Origin: Minisyncoccota bacterium
GTDB lineage: Bacteria; Patescibacteriota; Minisyncoccia; Phycocordibacterales; UBA9973
Direction: 5' to 3'
Assembly (NCBI GenBank): GCA_028718635.1
Contig: JAQULK010000001.1
Span: 88,626-152,625 of the forward strand
Length of the DNA stretch: 64,000 bases
Every line of letters begins with the position of its first letter. Positions within the stretch are counted from its first letter, which is position 1. The notes beneath the pieces are model-generated. The model worked only from the letters and a program-made list of their open reading frames with translations, was not told the origin of the DNA and searched no databases. Both the position numbers and the translations under genes were made by a program. Below are positions 1 to 10,365 of the stretch, in pieces.

Positions 1-157
1 ACAAAAAAATAACCCCTACTGGGGCTTTTATAATAGAAACAGAAATATTATGGACGTCGTTCGGAAAAATATTTGATTTGCTTTCTAGTTGATACATTAG
101 AGGAGATAGTAGCATTTCTGAGAACATATGCAAGCCTAGCCAAAAGTGGAAAACTTT

Positions 158-997
158 TTAGAAAACTTTGTATTTCCTGATCTCATCTCGGAGTTTTTGC
201 GCTTCAATTTTTGGATTTTTAGAAAACATAATGCCTCGAGAAGAATTTATGATAAGCCCCAAGCCTTTGCTATTTAATCCAGCTTTCAAGGTAGCTTTTA
301 AGTCTCCGCCTTGAGCTCCAATACCAGGTACCAAGAATGTCATATCGCCAGCAATTTCGCGAATCTTTTTCATTTCTTTAGGATAAGTTGCACCAACGAC
401 AAGCATGCAATTTTTGTTTTTATTCCATTCATTTGATACTTTCTCTGCCACAACCTGCCAAAGTGGCCGACCTGCCAGGTTGACCATTTTATCTTTAACT
501 TCTAGGTCTTGAAAATCTCTTGCTCCAGGATTTGAAGTGCGACAAAGTAAAATCACTCCTTTATCTTTTCTATCCAAAATTGGTTTTACGGCTTCATATC
601 CTAAATATGGGTACACAGTAAAAGCATCAAAGCCAAGCCAATCGAAAATAGATTGCACATATCCATTATTTGTATTCCCAATATCCCCTCTTTTGGCATC
701 TAATATCGTAAAAATGTCCGGATGATTTTTAATCAAATAATCCATTGTCATTTTTAATTCTCTTATTCCTTTATCTCCCCGAGCTTCATAAAAGGCGCTA
801 TTGGGCTTATAAGCAGCCGCATATTCGTGCGTTTCTTCTATAATCCATTTATTAAATTCAAATTGCGGGAATTTATTTTTCAAAAATCTTTTTGGAATTT
901 TTGCAAAATCCGTGTCCAACCCGACACACAAAAGTGAATCTATCTTTTTAGCTCTTTTATTGTATTTATCGATAATCATTATATTGCTTGTTATCAC
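158..997 (-). CDS. pyrF: orotidine 5'-phosphate decarboxylase (long/type 2 form)
   Basis: 279 aa. Motifs LCVGLDTD and DAKRGDIGNT are typical of type 2 OMP decarboxylase. Lies next to pyrE and pyrD. Confidence 0.75.
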   Translation of the reverse strand: MITSNIMIIDKYNKRAKKIDSLLCVGLDTDFAKIPKRFLKNKFPQFEFNKWIIEETHEYAAAYKPNSAFYEARGDKGIRELKMTMDYLIKNHPDIFTILDAKRGDIGNTNNGYVQSIFDWLGFDAFTVYPYLGYEAVKPILDRKDKGVILLCRTSNPGARDFQDLEVKDKMVNLAGRPLWQVVAEKVSNEWNKNKNCMLVVGATYPKEMKKIREIAGDMTFLVPGIGAQGGDLKATLKAGLNSKGLGLIINSSRGIMFSKNPKIEAQKLRDEIRKYKVF

Positions 998-1025
998 TTT
1001 TACACGGTCGTCAATTTTGATAATA

Positions 1026-1649
1026 TTATTTTTTGGATTCTAAAAATTTCTTACCATGCCCGACTTTTGTATTTATTGGAACTCCGGCCTTGCAAAATGG
1101 GCAATCTTTCTCGTCATAAGTTTTTGCTGGGATTTCGCACAGCCATAAAAAAGGAATGCCTAAGGTTTTACTATTTATTTTTTCTGGAATTCTGTTTGCG
1201 ATAACTCCCATCGCAACAATATTTCCTCCAAAGTTTCGAACAACTTCCAACATTTTATTTACAGAAAAACCAGTAGCGACAGTATCATCAATAATTAAAA
1301 CTTTTTTATTTTTAATTAAATTATCATAACCTCTCTTAAATACCATTGGTCCTTCGTCAGTTTTTTCTGCATATGCGCTCAAAATTTCTTTCCCTTTTAA
1401 ATTAGATAAATGATAAGCAACCAAATGGCCTAAAATTACTCCGCCTGCCACGGGAGCAGCCACTACCTCCACATCCAAATCTTTGCACATTTCGGCTAGT
1501 CTTTTTGTTATCTCAAATGTTTCCTTCGGGTGAGGTAGTAAATTATCTTTATTCACATATATTTCCATATGTCTGCCAGAAGTACCGACAAGATGACTAT
1601 CTGTAATTACGGCTCCGACGCTTTTTAAAATATCAATTGTATCTTGCAT
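1026..1649 (-). CDS. pyrE: phosphoribosyltransferase, probably orotate phosphoribosyltransferase
   Basis: 207 aa. PRPP-binding motif VLIIDDTVATGFSV. Sits between pyrF and pyrD. C-terminal CPFCKAG motif is unusual. Confidence 0.55.
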   Translation of the reverse strand: MQDTIDILKSVGAVITDSHLVGTSGRHMEIYVNKDNLLPHPKETFEITKRLAEMCKDLDVEVVAAPVAGGVILGHLVAYHLSNLKGKEILSAYAEKTDEGPMVFKRGYDNLIKNKKVLIIDDTVATGFSVNKMLEVVRNFGGNIVAMGVIANRIPEKINSKTLGIPFLWLCEIPAKTYDEKDCPFCKAGVPINTKVGHGKKFLESKK

Positions 1650-1682
1650 ATTTTTTATTCTAACCCTCCTTCGCTAAAAAAG

Positions 1683-2759
1683 CTACGGGCGGGCAAGCCT
1701 TTCTTTTATCTCTTGCGCAAGATATGGGTTCCACATTGCGCCCGTCGCCGACATCACGATATCCGCGCCCGCTTTTTGATATTCAAAAAAATCATCCGGA
1801 GTGGTCACCCCGCCGACGCCGATAATAGTAAATTTATATCTCATCTTTTCTCGCAACTTTTTTAACCTTTTAACCATATCCAACCCAGCCCATTTAATGG
1901 CGTGACCACAAACTCCGCTTCTTAGCCTTCCTTCTCCAGGAAGCGCTTGCTCCCCTTTTTCATTCACAATTTCTGCTGGAATGGTGTTTATGGCAGAAAT
2001 ACCATCCACCATGCCCCCAACCTCCTGCACTAAATTTCTTAAAGCTTCTTCGTCTTCAAAATAAGCAATTTTAATAATTAAAGGAATTTCTGCGATAACT
2101 TCTTTTATAGCCTCGACTACTTTTACGCTTCGCTCTGTATCGTAACAAAGCAAATTGTTCGAGCCTTCATTTGGACAACTTAAATTTACCTCCATCACTT
2201 TCACCCCGACATCTTTAAGAAGTTTAGCTGTGATCCGATAATCATTTATATATTCTTCAGCATTCTGCCCTGCCTTTTTTGTTCCTTGAAAACTGCCCAC
2301 AACAATCTGGCCAGGTTTTATATTATTTAATAAATTTTTCAAATCTTTTTGCCAACATTCTGGATCATATGAAGGTACACCAAAAGAGTTTGTAATAGAG
2401 AGAGGCTCATTATAATTTTTATCTGCCACTAATTTATCTTGTGCTTTTTCTAAAGTTAAATCCCCATCTATTTTTATAGACACAACATTCGGCCAAGAAT
2501 GACAGGGATATTTCTCACTGCGGACCGTTTTATAAGTGACAATGTCAAAACCTTTATCTAAAGCCGCTTGCGCAAACTTTCCATTTAAAAGCGGTCCGGC
2601 AGGAATTCCAAAAGGTGAATTTACTTTAAAACCCAGAAAGTCATATTTGGGCTCGCCTTTATTTTCAACAATTTTTCCATCAGCAAAGGCTCCAAAGGGT
2701 CCTTTTTCATAGTTTTCTTCGTAAGATTTTTCAGGGTCGTAGAATGGGGTAAGAAGCAT
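1683..2759 (-). CDS. pyrD: dihydroorotate dehydrogenase
   Basis: 358 aa. Matches the DHODH pattern: [24 protein letters not shown] and [23 protein letters not shown]. Confidence 0.8.
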   Translation of the reverse strand: MLLTPFYDPEKSYEENYEKGPFGAFADGKIVENKGEPKYDFLGFKVNSPFGIPAGPLLNGKFAQAALDKGFDIVTYKTVRSEKYPCHSWPNVVSIKIDGDLTLEKAQDKLVADKNYNEPLSITNSFGVPSYDPECWQKDLKNLLNNIKPGQIVVGSFQGTKKAGQNAEEYINDYRITAKLLKDVGVKVMEVNLSCPNEGSNNLLCYDTERSVKVVEAIKEVIAEIPLIIKIAYFEDEEALRNLVQEVGGMVDGISAINTIPAEIVNEKGEQALPGEGRLRSGVCGHAIKWAGLDMVKRLKKLREKMRYKFTIIGVGGVTTPDDFFEYQKAGADIVMSATGAMWNPYLAQEIKERLARP

Positions 2760-2782
2760 ATCTTGATTCTAATATAAAACAA

Positions 2783-3421
2783 GTGTATTATCAAAGGATG
2801 TTAATCCCTACCGTTATAGAAAAATCACAATTTGGAGAAAGGGCTTATGATATATATTCTCGTCTTTTACGCGAAAGAATTGTTTTTTTGGCAGGGCCAA
2901 TTGATGACAATGTGGCAAATATTGTGATTGCTCAGCTCCTATTTCTCGAATCCGAAGACGCCAAAAAAGATATTTTCCTTTACATAAACTCTCCAGGTGG
3001 ATCAGTCACTTCCACCATGGCTATCGTGGACACGATGAATCATGTACGTCCGGATATTTCCACTTTTTGTGTCGGACTCGCCGCTTCGGGCGCAGCCATA
3101 GTTCTATCAGCGGGGAAAAAAGGCAAGCGTTTTATTTTACCGAATGCCGAAGTCATGATTCATCAGCCGATGGGCGGAGTGGAAGGCCAAGCGACAGACA
3201 TAGCTATCACCGCCAAACACATTTTGAAGACAAGAGACAATCTAAATAAACTTTTGGCAAAAAATACCGGAAAGTCTCTCGCTCAAATAGAAAAAGACGT
3301 GGAACGCGATTTCTTTATGGATGCCGATGAAGCCAAAAAATACGGCATCATTGACGAGATAATCACAAAATCAAAAATTCAAGAGAAAAATCCAGAGAAA
3401 AGTTCAGAGAAAAAATCTTAA
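2783..3421 (+). CDS. clpP: ATP-dependent Clp protease proteolytic subunit
   Basis: 212 aa. ClpP signature [19 protein letters not shown] ... MIHQPMGG. Confidence 0.9.
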   Translation: MYYQRMLIPTVIEKSQFGERAYDIYSRLLRERIVFLAGPIDDNVANIVIAQLLFLESEDAKKDIFLYINSPGGSVTSTMAIVDTMNHVRPDISTFCVGLAASGAAIVLSAGKKGKRFILPNAEVMIHQPMGGVEGQATDIAITAKHILKTRDNLNKLLAKNTGKSLAQIEKDVERDFFMDADEAKKYGIIDEIITKSKIQEKNPEKSSEKKS

Positions 3422-5307
3422 ATTATTTTGAGCATTCCTCCAATGTTTCCAGCCATAATATATTCGGCAACTTTGTTTTCCACTATCTCCTCCATGGCGC
3501 GCTTGATCGGGCGGGCGCCAAATTCTGGATCAAAACCAGCGCTTGATATTTTCTCTATTAAAGCATCAGTGATTTCTAATCGTATTTTTTTATCTGCAAA
3601 AAGCCTCTCAGAAAATTCATTCAAGAGCAAGGTTGTTATTTTTCTAACTTGGCTCTGATCCAATGGTTTGAAAAGCACTACGTCATTAAATCGATTTAAA
3701 AACTCAGGGGCAAATATCCCTTTTTGAATTAAGCTATTTATTAACGTCTTTTTTTCAATTTGTGGATTAGCGATGATGTCAACACTCCCAGCATTAGAAG
3801 TCGCGATTATTATCGCTTCCTTGAAAGAAGCCTCTCTTCCGGAACTGCGAGTTAAGCGTCCTTCATCCAAAACTTGCAAAAGCAGATTGCGAATCAAGAC
3901 ATTTGATTTCTCCAACTCGTCAAAAAATACCAAGGAAAGCGGAGCTTCTTCTATAGCGCTCGCAAGCCTTTCGGTAAAAGGCGTCACAGAATCAGCTAGA
4001 GAAAATTCACTCATATCAAAACGAATCATGGCATTCTTTCTTCCAAAATAACTTTCGGCTAAAATCTTGGCTGTATAAGTTTTTCCTACGCCAGTCGGAC
4101 CTAAAAACAAAAAACTTCCAGCAGGCTTGGAATGGTCCGCGATACCCGTGCGCAAGCGCTTTAAGGCCTCGGTCACATCTTTCACCGCCTCATCCTGCCC
4201 CACTATCTTCGCTCGCATTTGTGTTTGCAAGTTCGACAATATCTCAATCTCGTTCCCACTCATGTCTCCTATCGGAATATTTGTTTTGTCAGACACTATT
4301 TGTCTTACGTCGGAAATAGCTATCTTTTTAGGAAGTGCTTGAAGCTCCTCCAGAATAGAAAGGGATTTAGTCGGCTCAGCCTGATTGCCGATCAATCGTT
4401 CTGCCAAACGAACTATCTCGAATAATGCGTCTTGTTCTATAGAGATCTTTAATTGCCTCGCGTGACTCATGAGGATGGCGACGGTCTCCTCTTTGTTTGG
4501 TTCTAAAACATCCACTTTTTCAAATCTCGAAAGAAATTCCGGATATTTTTTTAATACCTGATCATAATTTGAGAAATCTGTCGTCGTGATGATTCCCAAA
4601 GATGAAGATTGCAAATAAGGCATCAACCGTTCAAATAAATTTTCATAGGCGTGAATATTCTCAATAACGATTATGACATTGCCCGCTCTCGCCGCTTCTT
4701 CTAAACATTTATCAAAATCTTGCAAACTAATTCCTTCCGCTTGCAATTCCACTACTCGGTGATGAAGAATACCAGGAAAAGAAAGTCCTGATTTTCCTAA
4801 ATGCCCTAAATATGAAATCAAGGTAGACTTGCCTACCCCGGGATCTCCCACCAACAGAACATTGTGGCTATTGCTTTTAGAAAGTCCGCGTTCAACCATT
4901 CGAAGTGTTTTTTCTCTGCCATAAATACCTTGAGAAGGAGACACCGCTACATCTCGGCTGTGCTTGCTGAGAGTATAAGTCTCTCCATAAGAAAGCGAGG
5001 AACCAAAACTGTCTAAATTTTGCAAATATTCTTTGCTAATTTTTATTGGTAAAAGAAAAAAAATAGGAAAGGTTAAAATTACAACAAAAGTAAAAATTAA
5101 TCCGATAATTATTAAAATTACCCGAGCTACAAAACCTAAAATTCTAGAAAAAATATAAAAAACAAATTTCTCAAGTATTCCTGCATGGTCGCCCGCATCT
5201 TTATCCATTTTCCATGGAGAAAAGAGTGTGTTAAAAAGAAGCGGAATCGAAAAAGCATTAAAAGCATATATCACAAGATTTTTCCAAGACTGGATTCCAG
5301 ATTGCAT
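3418..5307 (-). CDS. ClpA/ClpC-family double AAA+ ATPase with N-terminal transmembrane anchor
   Basis: 629 aa. Hydrophobic N-terminus. Two Walker A motifs ([12 protein letters not shown] and [15 protein letters not shown]). 3' end overlaps clpP. Confidence 0.7.
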   Translation of the reverse strand: MQSGIQSWKNLVIYAFNAFSIPLLFNTLFSPWKMDKDAGDHAGILEKFVFYIFSRILGFVARVILIIIGLIFTFVVILTFPIFFLLPIKISKEYLQNLDSFGSSLSYGETYTLSKHSRDVAVSPSQGIYGREKTLRMVERGLSKSNSHNVLLVGDPGVGKSTLISYLGHLGKSGLSFPGILHHRVVELQAEGISLQDFDKCLEEAARAGNVIIVIENIHAYENLFERLMPYLQSSSLGIITTTDFSNYDQVLKKYPEFLSRFEKVDVLEPNKEETVAILMSHARQLKISIEQDALFEIVRLAERLIGNQAEPTKSLSILEELQALPKKIAISDVRQIVSDKTNIPIGDMSGNEIEILSNLQTQMRAKIVGQDEAVKDVTEALKRLRTGIADHSKPAGSFLFLGPTGVGKTYTAKILAESYFGRKNAMIRFDMSEFSLADSVTPFTERLASAIEEAPLSLVFFDELEKSNVLIRNLLLQVLDEGRLTRSSGREASFKEAIIIATSNAGSVDIIANPQIEKKTLINSLIQKGIFAPEFLNRFNDVVLFKPLDQSQVRKITTLLLNEFSERLFADKKIRLEITDALIEKISSAGFDPEFGARPIKRAMEEIVENKVAEYIMAGNIGGMLKII

Positions 5308-5327
5308 CCTAACATTCTAACACAAAT

Positions 5328-5383
5328 GGATCACGTTAGAGATAGAGGGTCGCTGCGATCCCTCGCGATCTCTAACGTGATGG
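5328..5383. repeat. palindromic element related to family A (CACGTTAGAGAT...ATCTCTAACGTG)
   Basis: Terminal inverted repeats enclose a GC-rich inner palindrome AGAGGGTCGCTGCGATCCCTCGCG. Intergenic, between the ClpA-like gene and rny. Confidence 0.6.
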
Positions 5384-5612
5384 ACAAAATATGGACAGTC
5401 TGTTATACTTAATGTGTTGAATTTTAAAAATTTATTTTGTTTAATTTATAGTTGGTTCACAAGAATATCCATATATTATGAAGTTTTTAAAGAAAAAATT
5501 CCCACGCTCAAGCGGGGCAAGGCAGATTCTTATTAAGGTTTTTTCCAGTTTTCCAGCAAGAAACTAAAACCAAAAATATAATGGTTTTTTCTTGTAAGCT
5601 CGCTCAAAGCTT

Positions 5613-7142
5613 ATGAGTACAACAATAATAATTCTAATAGGAGCCCTGATACTCCTGTTGGGTGTGGGCGTGGGATACTATCTTCGTCTAATCATCGCCT
5701 TAGGAAAAAGAAGGTCTATTGAAATAGATATAAAACAGATGATGGTCGGCGCAAAAGAAGAAGCGCAGAAAATCACCGAAGAAGCAAAAAAGAAGTCTGA
5801 GGAACAACTGGCATATCTGAAAGAAGAAGAAAAAAAGAAAGAAATTGAATTTAAAGAGACAGAAAAAAGACTCATCAAAAAAGACGAGTTTTTGGATGCG
5901 CGACAAGTCGAGGTAAATAAAGAAGTGGAAAATATCAAAGTGAAGGTGGAAGAAATAAAAAAAATTCAAGAAAAAGTATTGAAAATAGAAGCAGAAAAAA
6001 TAGTAGAACTGGAAAGAGTGGCAAAATTAACCGAAATTGAGGCTAAAGATGAACTTTTAAAAGATGTTGAAAAAAAATATGAAGAAGATATTTTAGTTAG
6101 AATCCAAAAACTAGAGAATAGTAATGAGGAAAAGTTGGACCGAAGAGCCAAAGACATCTTGGCAACTTCTATCCAGCGCCTGTCTTCTAGTACTGCCTCT
6201 GAATTGATGACAACCGTAGTTACCATTCCAAACAACGAAATCAAGGGTAAAATAATCGGAAAAGAGGGTAGGAATATACGGGCATTTGAAAGAGCCTCCG
6301 GAGTTGAGCTTATTGTAGACGATACGCCTGGCTCAATAGTCATTTCTTCATTTGATCCAATCAGAAGACAAGTCGCCCGACTTGCTTTAGAAAATCTGAT
6401 ACTAGATGGACGCATTCAACCGGCTAAAATCGAAGAATTGGTAGAAAAGGCAAAAGAAGAAATAAATAAAATCATAAAAGAAAAAGGAGAACAGGCGGTT
6501 TATGAATGCGGTATATTTAATTTTGATCCACGCATCATCGCAATTATTGGCCGACTATATTTCCGTACAAGTTACGGACAAAACGTTCTTCAGCACTCTA
6601 TCGAAATGGCACATATCGCTGGAATGCTCGCAGAAGAATTGGGAGCAGATGTAGCCATCGCCAAAGCCGGAGCCTTGGTGCACGACATCGGTAAAGCCTT
6701 GGATCACGAAGTACAAGGAACGCATGTCGAAATAGGTATGCGTATTTTGCAAAAATTCGGAGCAGATGAACGCATTATTACTGCGATGAAAAGTCATCAC
6801 GAAGATTATCCTTATGAAACTATTGAATCCATCATTGTGCAAACAGCAGACTCTATCTCTGGCGGACGTCCCGGCGCGCGCCGTGATTCAGTGGAAAATT
6901 ATCTAAAGAGACTTCAAGAACTAGAAGCATTAGTAAATGCTTTTCCAGCGGTTGAAAAATCATATGCTTTGCAAGCTGGACGAGAAATCCGCATCTTTGT
7001 AACACCGGAAAAGATTTCTGATGCTGAAGCAAAACTTATGGCACGAGATATTGCTATAAAAATAGAACAAGAACTCAAATATCCGGGAGAAATCAAAGTC
7101 ACAATGATTCGCGAAACACGAATTATTGAGTACGCTCGCTAA
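5613..7142 (+). CDS. rny: ribonuclease Y
   Basis: 509 aa. N-terminal TM segment, Lys/Glu-rich coiled coil, KH domain (GKIIGKEGRNIRAFE) and HD domain (LVHDIGKA). Confidence 0.9.
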   Translation: MSTTIIILIGALILLLGVGVGYYLRLIIALGKRRSIEIDIKQMMVGAKEEAQKITEEAKKKSEEQLAYLKEEEKKKEIEFKETEKRLIKKDEFLDARQVEVNKEVENIKVKVEEIKKIQEKVLKIEAEKIVELERVAKLTEIEAKDELLKDVEKKYEEDILVRIQKLENSNEEKLDRRAKDILATSIQRLSSSTASELMTTVVTIPNNEIKGKIIGKEGRNIRAFERASGVELIVDDTPGSIVISSFDPIRRQVARLALENLILDGRIQPAKIEELVEKAKEEINKIIKEKGEQAVYECGIFNFDPRIIAIIGRLYFRTSYGQNVLQHSIEMAHIAGMLAEELGADVAIAKAGALVHDIGKALDHEVQGTHVEIGMRILQKFGADERIITAMKSHHEDYPYETIESIIVQTADSISGGRPGARRDSVENYLKRLQELEALVNAFPAVEKSYALQAGREIRIFVTPEKISDAEAKLMARDIAIKIEQELKYPGEIKVTMIRETRIIEYAR

Positions 7143-7147
7143 AAATT

Positions 7148-7252
7148 CTTAGAAATATAACTTTTGAAGGGGTTTCGAGCGCGACGGCGCGAGAACTTCA
7201 GGATTTTTTTCACCAGAAAAAAATCCGTACCGAAAAAAGTTTATATTTTAAG
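7148..7252. repeat. ~105-bp inverted-repeat-bounded element (family D, copy 1)
   Basis: Shares core GGGGTTTCGAGCGCGACGGCGCGAGAACTTCAGGA...TCCGTACCG with 18395..18507. Ends are AT-rich inverted repeats. Internal hairpin GGATTTTTTTCACCAGAAAAAAATCC. Confidence 0.6.
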
Positions 7253-7387
7253 AATTTTGTGAAACAACATAAATACTTGCCTAAAAAAACCCTTGATATA
7301 TAATGTAGGGGTATTAAAAATATAGGTTAAATGGCCCTCCAAAGGCGGGCAAGGTCGAAATATTACAAATATCATCTTAAAAAATAT

Positions 7388-7660
7388 ATGAATAAACAAG
7401 CATTAGCTGAATTAGTACATGGAAAGCTTGGCGGTACAAAAGTACAAGCTGAGGAAATAGTTGATTCAATATTTGATGCTATCATCGGAACCTTAAAAAA
7501 GGGAGGTGAAGTTTCAATTGCTGGCTTTGGAATCTTTTCCGTAAAGTCACGCGCAGCCCGCATGGCTCGCAATCCAAAAACTGGAGAGCAAGTAAAAGTG
7601 GCTGCAAAGAAAGTTCCAAAATTCCGACCCGCAAAAGGTTTGAAAGATACTATTGCCTAA
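7388..7660 (+). CDS. hup: HU-family DNA-binding protein
   Basis: HU signature GFGIFSVKSRAARMARNPKTGEQV. Start placed at the internal Met (MNKQALAELV), not at the ORF-track start 7331. Confidence 0.85.
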   Translation: MNKQALAELVHGKLGGTKVQAEEIVDSIFDAIIGTLKKGGEVSIAGFGIFSVKSRAARMARNPKTGEQVKVAAKKVPKFRPAKGLKDTIA

Positions 7661-7704
7661 ATTCCTGCCCGCCTCCGGCGGGTTCTCTCGAGAGAACTGG
7701 AAAC

Positions 7705-7733
7705 AAAAAACACCCAATGGGTGTTTTTTGTTT
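7705..7733. terminator. bidirectional rho-independent terminator
   Basis: Hairpin AAAAACACCCAATGGGTGTTTTTTG has an A-run on one side and a T-run on the other. Could terminate hup (+) and the minus-strand small ORF. Confidence 0.6.
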
Positions 7734-7742
7734 TAGTAATAA

Positions 7743-7943
7743 CTATTTTGTATACGGAGACGGAACTGAATCATCATTTTCATCTCTATCTCCAAAACCT
7801 ACTTTACCCACGCCGTCTTTTTCAGCCTCAGCAAAAGCCTTCATTAAACCTTCCATGTCGTTAGCTTCTCCATTTTTCATCGCCCTGCAAACAGCACAAT
7901 CATCACAATCCTCCCAATCATCTTTTTTGTTATTGTTTTTCAT
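7743..7943 (-). CDS. small acidic CxxC protein, hypothetical
   Basis: About 66 aa from the internal Met. Motif CDDCAVC. Ends at the terminator. Lies downstream of the R-M pair. Confidence 0.3.
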   Translation of the reverse strand: MKNNNKKDDWEDCDDCAVCRAMKNGEANDMEGLMKAFAEAEKDGVGKVGFGDRDENDDSVPSPYTK

Positions 7944-7956
7944 ATAATTACTAATA

Positions 7957-8748
7957 TTATAAATTTTTAGTTTCCTTAACTTTGACTTCAGCAACCTCTT
8001 TAATTTTTTTAATAATTTTTTCTCTATAATTTTTTCCTACAAGATCAAAAACAGCGAGTAAATCTTTATATGTGTTTTTTCCACCAAGAAAATCCCAATA
8101 TTCTTCTCCTATAAGAAAATCATTTTGATAATCCATCATATTTTGAACTGTAAAACGTGTATAGGGTTCTGGAGCATACGGATTATAAGGAAAAGCTAAA
8201 AATACTTTTACCGGTTTTCTTTTTCTGGCTATCCATTCCAACAATTTTGTCTTTGACTTCGTAAAAACATCAATATTAGGCTTCACTGTCTTTATTTCAA
8301 AATAAAACTCTTGTCCACTTCTTAACATATAAAAATCAACTATATTCCCCTCTTTTTGGTATTTACCATTATTAGAAGAAGCTTTTAACACTTCCCTTAT
8401 TTCTTGCTTAATATTAGCCTTTCTCTCTTTATTCCTAAGCTCTGTAATAATAGTTGAAATAATAGATTTTTGATCTTTTGAAAGTACTCCTCCCATACCA
8501 TAATTTCTAAAGCATTCCTTGGCTGTATTTTTTGCAATAATCACTGAAACATCTTCATATATAGACATACCTAGAGTCGTGGCTATTGAATGTACGAAGG
8601 AATAAGCAGCAACTTTTTCACTATCTTGAATTAGGCGGGATAAAAATGGCATAGATGTACTTTCTCTAGCGTATTTCTTTAATTTATTATCTATCTTTTT
8701 TTCTAATAAATGTTGTATTTCTTGTTTTTGTTCTTTAGATAAAGCCAT
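7957..8748 (-). CDS. putative type II restriction endonuclease
   Basis: About 263 aa from Met (MALSKEQ). Start abuts the stop of the upstream methyltransferase. No recognisable housekeeping motif. The call rests on position alone. Confidence 0.45.
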   Translation of the reverse strand: MALSKEQKQEIQHLLEKKIDNKLKKYARESTSMPFLSRLIQDSEKVAAYSFVHSIATTLGMSIYEDVSVIIAKNTAKECFRNYGMGGVLSKDQKSIISTIITELRNKERKANIKQEIREVLKASSNNGKYQKEGNIVDFYMLRSGQEFYFEIKTVKPNIDVFTKSKTKLLEWIARKRKPVKVFLAFPYNPYAPEPYTRFTVQNMMDYQNDFLIGEEYWDFLGGKNTYKDLLAVFDLVGKNYREKIIKKIKEVAEVKVKETKNL

Positions 8749-8752
8749 AAAT

Positions 8753-10327
8753 TTAAATTGATTTAAAATGAAAAATAATTTCTGAATACGGATTTCGATC
8801 ACGTTCCGTACGGTTTAATACTGGTCTCTTAAATTGATTTACTATCTTCATACCTGATTTTTTGGCAATTTCTGGATAAAGATTATATTTATCATTTGCT
8901 ACAAGAAAAATATCAAAATTATCTTTAAGATATTTTTTACAATTATTTAACACAGCTGAAATTCCTTCTACGTAAGATTTGCGGGCTTCTATCCCTTGCC
9001 CCTTAAAAAGCGGACCTATTTCTAAATTATCTTTACGTTTAAATCCAAGTAAATCATATGCGTAAGCATGTTGTTCGTGGTAATCAATTTGACCAACGTA
9101 AGGTGGTGAGCAAAATATTCCTGCTATTTTTTGCTTTTTTAGAATTTTTGAAAATTCTGGATTATTTTTTTCTACTTTTTCAAAAATATTTACTGTTCTT
9201 GAGTCGTTAGCTAATACAGAATAGTGAACTGGTTTACGTAATTTATTGAATTCCTTAATTCTATTTAAGGTATCAAGGGCATAACGATTAAGCATACTTG
9301 CTATTGAAAAAATAGGTTTACAAATTTTTTTATGCTTATAGCAATAATAAGTTGTAAGTTGTGGTTCTTTAAGAGTTGCTAAATCACTATGAGTAGTTGC
9401 ACGGCATGACCTAATTGTTCTACTTAAAATAAGTGCAAGAATTTTTCTAGTTTTAATATCTTTCTCTTTTTTTATTGTTTCAAAAACATGATCAATCTCA
9501 CGACGTACATTTTCTACAAACCACATATCAAGAAAAGAAGATTTTTTATCTTGTTTTATTTTTATTGAATACTTTTTAAGTAATTTTTGATAAATAGGTA
9601 AAAATTCTTTTTCTTTTTCAATAGCAAATTTACTTTCATTAAAGTTTCCTTGATTAACTTTATATTTAAAATCATATCCAGGGAAATTTATTAGATTAAA
9701 TTTAGCAAGTTCAACCAGAAGTTCTTTTTCAAAGTTCTGAACTTTATTATCATGCTCAAAAGAATCAAGAGAAGAAATTAATTTCTTTATAACCTTTGAT
9801 AAATATTCATAGTCATAATTGGTTGCTTTACAACTTGAAATCATACAATTAAACTCTGAAACATCTATCCCGATGGAATGAATACCCATCTCTAATGATT
9901 GAATAATTGTTGTCCCAGAACCCAAAAATGGATCAAGAATAATATCATTAGGCTTGAAATATATTTCTTTTTTAAAATCATCAATATGAGAATCTAAAAA
10001 ATATTCAACTAGTTGAGGAATGTATTTACCTTTATAGGGGTGTAATCGATGAACATGCTTTGTCGTATCTTTCTCACGCAAATTATCAAAAGAAAGTGTC
10101 CAATTTAAATCATTACCTAGATTTTTTTTCCAACTTTCTTCACGTTTGCCATTATATGAGTCATAATATTTTTTCAAATCGTTCAAATCAAGCATAGTTG
10201 ATCCATTCTCTCCATATTTTTTTACTTTTCCATATTGAACAAGATAAGAAATATTTGTTGGTTTAATTTCTTTTTCAAGAAAATCGGATGCCCATTTTGA
10301 TGCTTCTGGTATAGATACTAATGACAT
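8753..10327 (-). CDS. DNA amino-methyltransferase (N6-adenine or N4-cytosine)
   Basis: 524 aa. SAM-binding motif I DPFLGSGTT and catalytic motif IV SPPY, separated by about 280 aa. Confidence 0.75.
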   Translation of the reverse strand: MSLVSIPEASKWASDFLEKEIKPTNISYLVQYGKVKKYGENGSTMLDLNDLKKYYDSYNGKREESWKKNLGNDLNWTLSFDNLREKDTTKHVHRLHPYKGKYIPQLVEYFLDSHIDDFKKEIYFKPNDIILDPFLGSGTTIIQSLEMGIHSIGIDVSEFNCMISSCKATNYDYEYLSKVIKKLISSLDSFEHDNKVQNFEKELLVELAKFNLINFPGYDFKYKVNQGNFNESKFAIEKEKEFLPIYQKLLKKYSIKIKQDKKSSFLDMWFVENVRREIDHVFETIKKEKDIKTRKILALILSRTIRSCRATTHSDLATLKEPQLTTYYCYKHKKICKPIFSIASMLNRYALDTLNRIKEFNKLRKPVHYSVLANDSRTVNIFEKVEKNNPEFSKILKKQKIAGIFCSPPYVGQIDYHEQHAYAYDLLGFKRKDNLEIGPLFKGQGIEARKSYVEGISAVLNNCKKYLKDNFDIFLVANDKYNLYPEIAKKSGMKIVNQFKRPVLNRTERDRNPYSEIIFHFKSI

Positions 10328-10365
10328 GTATTTATTGTAACAAAAAATTTCATAAAAATCCTTTT

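Noticed and set aside
11-33. Hairpin CCCCTACTGGGG + T-run at the window start
   Set aside because: It resembles the CCCGTAGT...ACTACTGGG hairpins elsewhere. The window is cut off upstream, so its context and gene association cannot be assessed.
5678-6415. Minus-strand ORFs overlapping the rny coiled-coil region
   Set aside because: Antisense shadow ORFs of the Lys/Glu-rich RNase Y N-terminal region.
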